Positions 27,986 through 32,038 of a stretch of DNA of 32,038 nucleotides are shown here, piece by piece. The notes under the pieces were generated by a model. The model was given only the letters and a program-made list of their open reading frames with translations, was not told the origin of the DNA and did no database searches. Both the position numbers and the translations under genes were made by a program. Each line of letters opens with the position of its first letter. Position 1 is the stretch's first letter. Source of the stretch: a bacterium (lineage in GTDB: Bacteria; Zhuqueibacterota; Zhuqueibacteria; Oceanimicrobiales; Oceanimicrobiaceae); assembly GCA_046757025.1 (NCBI GenBank), contig JBHHXN010000049.1:1-32038 (forward strand). The letters are read 5' to 3'.

Positions 27986-29626
27986 ATGAACTTTTTTAAC
28001 GGAGACGTTCTTCATTTTCTCGCAAATTCGTTGAGTTTGCTTATTCTGCTTTATGCCGAGATCCACTATTCCTTTAAAGGGATTTACAGCCGGCTCAAAA
28101 TGCGCGAGCCCGAAATTCTCGCTGATCTCCCCCATCGCATCGATAATTCGGCGCCTTTGCCGGTGCTGCTACTCATCAAAGATGCCGACCGCTACCCGGT
28201 CATCCTGCACTCGGTAGAGGTTGAATTTCTGGGCAAGGCTACAGGACTGACCGTTCAATTTCACTTCCAGCAGCTAACCGTTTCAGAAAAACTCTGGCAC
28301 CGGGTCCTGCACGTGGAAATCAATCAAAAGGCGTACGGCAACTGCCAGGTCGATGTTACCATTCACTGTACCATCGACAACAAACCGCGCACCATTAAAA
28401 ACGACAATTATGTCAGCACGGGTAAAAAACCCTTTCATGTTTTTATTTCTGAAGAAAAACTGCCGGCCCCGCAAAACTGGTATTACGGCGACTTCCACTG
28501 CCACACGCGTTACACCAGCGATCAGGTAGAATTCGGCGCGCCCATGGCAGCAATGATTCAGCTCTCAAAAAGTCTGGGATTGAGTTTTTTTTGTGCCACC
28601 GACCATTCCTACGATTTAGACGACGAGCCGGATAATTTTTTGAAGCGCGATCCCCGGTTAACGAAATGGAAAAATTTGCAGCTTGAAATCGCTGCATTGA
28701 ACTCAGCCCATCCGCAATTTGTGATCGTTCCCGGTGAAGAAGTTTCCGCCGGCAACCGTCGGAATCAGAATATCCATTGTCTGATTCTGAACAATTCGGA
28801 ATTTTTGCCAGGTGCCGGTGACAGTGCCGAAAAATGGCTGCGCACCAAACCCGATCTTTCGGTGGCAGAAATCCTGTCACGGGTGCAAATAGATGCGGTT
28901 TGTTTCGCCGCGCATCCGGGCACGCAGCCGCCGTTTCTGCAAAAATGGCTGGTGCGGCGCGGAATATGGCAATTTGAAGATCTGCTCCATCCAAATTTAC
29001 ACGGACTGCAAATCTGGAACGGAACCGAGGAAGGATTGCAAAAGGGCAAAGAATGGTGGGTAAAACTGCTCCTGCAGGGTAAACGCATTTACATCTCTGG
29101 CGGTACCGACGCCCACGGCAATTTCAACCGCTTTCGCCAGATCGGTTTTCCCTTTTTTACCATGCGAGAAAATCATCAACATCTTTTTGGTAGCGTGCGC
29201 TCCTGTGTTTACGTCCGTGGAAGTCTGTCACTGAATTCGCTATTGCAGGGCATTAAAAACGGCCGCATGATCGTCACCAATGGGCCCTTTGCTGACATCC
29301 TTTTGAAAAATGAAGAAAACGAAAATGTCGGCATGGGCGAGTCCCTGCACGGTCAGGAGTTCCGGGTGAATATTAACTGCGAGACCACTTCCGAATTCGG
29401 CGCCCTCGACGAACTGAAAGTTTTTCTGGGGGATCTGCAGCAAAAACAAGAATATCTCATAAAAACCGTGAAAATGTTTGATGGCCAGAACCGATTTGAT
29501 TTGCAATTCCCCATTGCCAGAAAAGGCTTTTCCGGATATATCCGAGTCGAACTGTTCTCGAAAAAACTGGATAAGACCTTTCAGTGTTTGACTAACCCGG
29601 TGTGGATGAATACGAAACATTCTTAA
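27986..29626 (+). CDS. PHP-fold (CehA/McbA-like) metallohydrolase
   Basis: GDFHCHT, ATDH, PGEEVS, IH, AAHP, GGTDAH, G.MIVTNGP, YIRVE, TNPVW. Confidence 0.85.
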   Translation: MNFFNGDVLHFLANSLSLLILLYAEIHYSFKGIYSRLKMREPEILADLPHRIDNSAPLPVLLLIKDADRYPVILHSVEVEFLGKATGLTVQFHFQQLTVSEKLWHRVLHVEINQKAYGNCQVDVTIHCTIDNKPRTIKNDNYVSTGKKPFHVFISEEKLPAPQNWYYGDFHCHTRYTSDQVEFGAPMAAMIQLSKSLGLSFFCATDHSYDLDDEPDNFLKRDPRLTKWKNLQLEIAALNSAHPQFVIVPGEEVSAGNRRNQNIHCLILNNSEFLPGAGDSAEKWLRTKPDLSVAEILSRVQIDAVCFAAHPGTQPPFLQKWLVRRGIWQFEDLLHPNLHGLQIWNGTEEGLQKGKEWWVKLLLQGKRIYISGGTDAHGNFNRFRQIGFPFFTMRENHQHLFGSVRSCVYVRGSLSLNSLLQGIKNGRMIVTNGPFADILLKNEENENVGMGESLHGQEFRVNINCETTSEFGALDELKVFLGDLQQKQEYLIKTVKMFDGQNRFDLQFPIARKGFSGYIRVELFSKKLDKTFQCLTNPVWMNTKHS

Positions 29627-29875
29627 AAAGCGAGGTTTCAGCAGCCAGGCATGATTTTAGCTTTTTAAGGAACGCCACGCAGCGCGCTGAAACAGCAATG
29701 TCAAAAGTCAGACCCACTGGATGTTGTCATTCAGAAAGAGTCTTCTTTTTTTGTCGTAAGGTACTGTTTATTTAAAAGATATTTCCAGCCTGCTCCGATT
29801 GGTTGTCGGAGAATGACAGTTGTGGCTTTTTGGTGCAAATTTGGCTATCCTGATTTTCAATACAGTATGTGAGGC

Positions 29876-29894
29876 GGCAGCACTTTGTGCTGCC
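29876..29894. terminator. GC-rich hairpin between convergent genes, possible terminator
   Basis: GGCAGCAC-TTT-GTGCTGCC is a perfect 8-bp stem, but only a short T-tract (CTTT) follows. Confidence 0.5.
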
Positions 29895-29950
29895 CTTTCG
29901 AAACGTTTACGACAATTATCCGGACCGTATTCATTCAATCATTTAACCTA

Positions 29951-30439
29951 TCAAAACAGTTTTATCTTCCTGACGATCCTCTTCAAACCTCTTCCAAATC
30001 TTTTTGAAACGATCTGGACATGCCGATCCTCGCCTTCCCCCACGCTTTGCGTCTGGATGCCGGTAAAATCTTTTAAAGTCGAATGCACGAGGAAACGCTC
30101 AAAACTCCCCATTGGGGGCAAGTCCACTTCCGAACCGGTGTCCAGCGACTCCTGCGCTTTTTCAGCCGCAAGCCGTTTGATATTCCCCACAGGATAAACG
30201 AACAAGGTAAATTTATCGCCGTTGCGGTAAGTCCGGGTCTGATAATCGTCGTTGTGGTCAAAGTGCCGATGCACGAGTTTTCTTTCGAACGAATTCAATC
30301 CATTTAACGGTGTGGGAACGATGGAATCCTTTAATTTGGTTTCGATTTCCGCGATGATTTTCGGAATGTTCTTGTTGTCATATTTTTTTTGATGAAAAGG
30401 TCTTCGTCTTGGCCGGTAATTTTTTCTTTCTTCAGTCAT
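29951..30439 (-). CDS. Double-R3H single-stranded nucleic-acid-binding protein
   Basis: Two RxxxH motifs: LNSFERKLVH and PPMGSFERFLVH...TQSVGEGEDRHV (similar to the Jag/KhpB C-terminal R3H). Basic termini. Confidence 0.85.
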   Translation of the reverse strand: MTEERKNYRPRRRPFHQKKYDNKNIPKIIAEIETKLKDSIVPTPLNGLNSFERKLVHRHFDHNDDYQTRTYRNGDKFTLFVYPVGNIKRLAAEKAQESLDTGSEVDLPPMGSFERFLVHSTLKDFTGIQTQSVGEGEDRHVQIVSKRFGRGLKRIVRKIKLF

Positions 30440-30460
30440 GGCTCAATTTTCCTGATTTTT

Positions 30461-31873
30461 TTAAATGGTATTGAGTAATTTACTTATTACGTGATTAAAA
30501 TCTCCATTGCTCATGAACAGTACCGCGTCTTCGGGTTGCAATTGTTCGGCTAAAAATTGCACCATCTCGGCGTTGGCTGGCAGCGTCCACGAGGGTTTGT
30601 TTTGATCGTTGAGATAGCGGATGATTTTCTCCACAGACAACCGCTCACCGGCAGGCACTTTTTCTGGCAAATGCAGCGGTGTGATGATCACGTGATCCGC
30701 CGCATCGAAGGCTTGCGCAAATTCGTCCTCGAATATTTTGCGTTTGCTGGTGGCGGTTCTCGGTTCTAACACCGCCCAGATTCTGCGATTGGGAAATCGA
30801 CTTCTGAAGCCGTTGAGCGTGGCTTTGACTTCACTGGGATGATGCGCAAAATCGTCATAAATTTTAATATTATTCAATTCCCCTTTAAATTGCAAACGTC
30901 GTTTTACGTTTTTGAAGGAGAGCAAACCGTCTTTCAGTTCGGGCAATGTGAGTCCCAGCGCCTGGCCAGCAGCGATCACACCCAGACAATTCGTAACCAT
31001 GTGCGCACCGTGCAGCGGCACCTCAAATTGCTCAACCAGGTTGTTCTGGTAATAAACATCAAATGTTGTTCGGCTCTCGTTGGATACCAGATTCTGTGCA
31101 CTCCAGTCCGCTTCGGCGGCCAGACCGAAAGTCACCACCTTTGAAAAAGCTTTCTGACTCAGCTCGACGACGGTGGCGTCATCATGGCAGGCGATCAGGT
31201 ACCCGTTTCCAGGAATGAGGTTGATCAAGCGTCGAAACGAAATTACCACATCCTCCATATTGCGGAAAATATCGGCATGGTCAAATTCAATGTTATTCAG
31301 GATGACCAGGTCCGGCAGGTAGTGCAAAAACTTGGAGGACTTGTCAAAAAAGGCCGAATCGTACTCATCACCTTCTGAAACAAACACTTCCCCTTTTCCT
31401 AATTTAAATCCGCTTCCAAAATTTTCAGGAATGCCGCCGATGAAAAAACCGGGGTCGCGACCGGCGTTTTCCAGCACCCAGCTTAGCATGGCGCTGGTGG
31501 TGGTTTTTCCGTGTGTGCCGGCCACCACGCATGAGTACCGACTGCGAATAAAAAATTCCTTTAAAGCCTCGGGTAAAGAGAGGTAGTTCATTTTATTCGC
31601 CAGCACGGCCTCGACTTCCGGATTGCCACGGGAGATGCAGTTGCCGATGACGACCAAATCGGGGTTGGGATCAAGGTGCTGAGCATCAAAACCTTCATAA
31701 ACGGGAATGTCCATCTGCTGCAATACCTCGCTCATGGGCGGATACAAATTCTGGTCAGAGCCGCGCACGCTAAAACCGCGAGCCTTCAGCATGCCGGCTA
31801 AAGCCGTCATGCCGGTGCCGCCGATTGCGATCAAGTAAATGTCCTTAAACGAATCAAGTTGTGAATTAATCAT
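30461..31873 (-). CDS. mpl: UDP-MurNAc:L-Ala-gamma-D-Glu-meso-DAP ligase (murein peptide ligase)
   Basis: IAIGGTGM..LA, GSD...YPPMS, VAGTHGKTTT, EGDEYDSAFFDK.SKF.HY, EFDHADI, DDFAHHP, EPRT, MSNG.F. Confidence 0.92.
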   Translation of the reverse strand: MINSQLDSFKDIYLIAIGGTGMTALAGMLKARGFSVRGSDQNLYPPMSEVLQQMDIPVYEGFDAQHLDPNPDLVVIGNCISRGNPEVEAVLANKMNYLSLPEALKEFFIRSRYSCVVAGTHGKTTTSAMLSWVLENAGRDPGFFIGGIPENFGSGFKLGKGEVFVSEGDEYDSAFFDKSSKFLHYLPDLVILNNIEFDHADIFRNMEDVVISFRRLINLIPGNGYLIACHDDATVVELSQKAFSKVVTFGLAAEADWSAQNLVSNESRTTFDVYYQNNLVEQFEVPLHGAHMVTNCLGVIAAGQALGLTLPELKDGLLSFKNVKRRLQFKGELNNIKIYDDFAHHPSEVKATLNGFRSRFPNRRIWAVLEPRTATSKRKIFEDEFAQAFDAADHVIITPLHLPEKVPAGERLSVEKIIRYLNDQNKPSWTLPANAEMVQFLAEQLQPEDAVLFMSNGDFNHVISKLLNTI

Positions 31874-31904
31874 GTTCAGCTATTTAGGCGCTTAGTGTAC
31901 GTAC

Positions 31905-31924
31905 ATCGACAAAGTTTTGTCGAT
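31905..31924. promoter_or_regulatory. Perfect dyad upstream of mpl, candidate operator
   Basis: ATCGACAAA-GT-TTTGTCGAT, adjacent to the palindrome TGTACGTACA (31896-31905). Confidence 0.4.
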
Positions 31925-31943
31925 AATATTCAAAATAATTTTA

Positions 31944-31975
31944 GCCACGGATGAACCCAGATTGACACGGATACA
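31944..31975 (+). repeat. 10-bp-period CACGGAT-type short tandem repeat
   Basis: CACGGATGAA / CCCAGATTGA / CACGGATACA. Confidence 0.55.
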
Positions 31976-32038
31976 ATTTTCGGACTATTTATTGTGCAAA
32001 ATAATTTTACGGCAAAAAGATTTTAAAACCATTACAAA

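Noticed and set aside
29820..30197. 125-aa plus-strand ORF
   Set aside because: It is mostly antisense to the R3H gene, crosses a hairpin and has no motifs.
31944..31975. CRISPR array
   Set aside because: The units are 10 bp with no spacers, and there are no cas genes.

Overview
Bacterial chromosomal window with about 21 protein-coding genes. I see no rRNA, tRNA, CRISPR array, transposase or phage genes. Gene content suggests a diderm organism of the FCB group, such as KSB1 or Calditrichota (inference only). Left to right: two divergent full-length M16 zinc peptidases (the left one is truncated by the window edge and missing from the ORF track); a SWIM-SNF2 helicase; a Tat-exported D-aminoacylase-like amidohydrolase; a tandem-DUF2911 lipoprotein; an esterase / DUF2891 / ProX group; a minus-strand run of LarA-like epimerase, NlpC/P60, M24 peptidase and rlmD; a 67-aa truncated receiver-like protein behind a sigma54-type promoter; an 8-gene cluster (three membrane GT2s, SAM methyltransferase, radical SAM/SPASM-twitch, UPF0104 flippase-like protein, NodB deacetylase, PHP hydrolase); and an mpl / double-R3H gene pair. 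The best candidate for an undescribed system is the 8-gene cluster. It looks like a membrane glycolipid head-group assembly and tailoring pathway that parallels hopanoid hpnI/J/K/L logic with different enzyme families.
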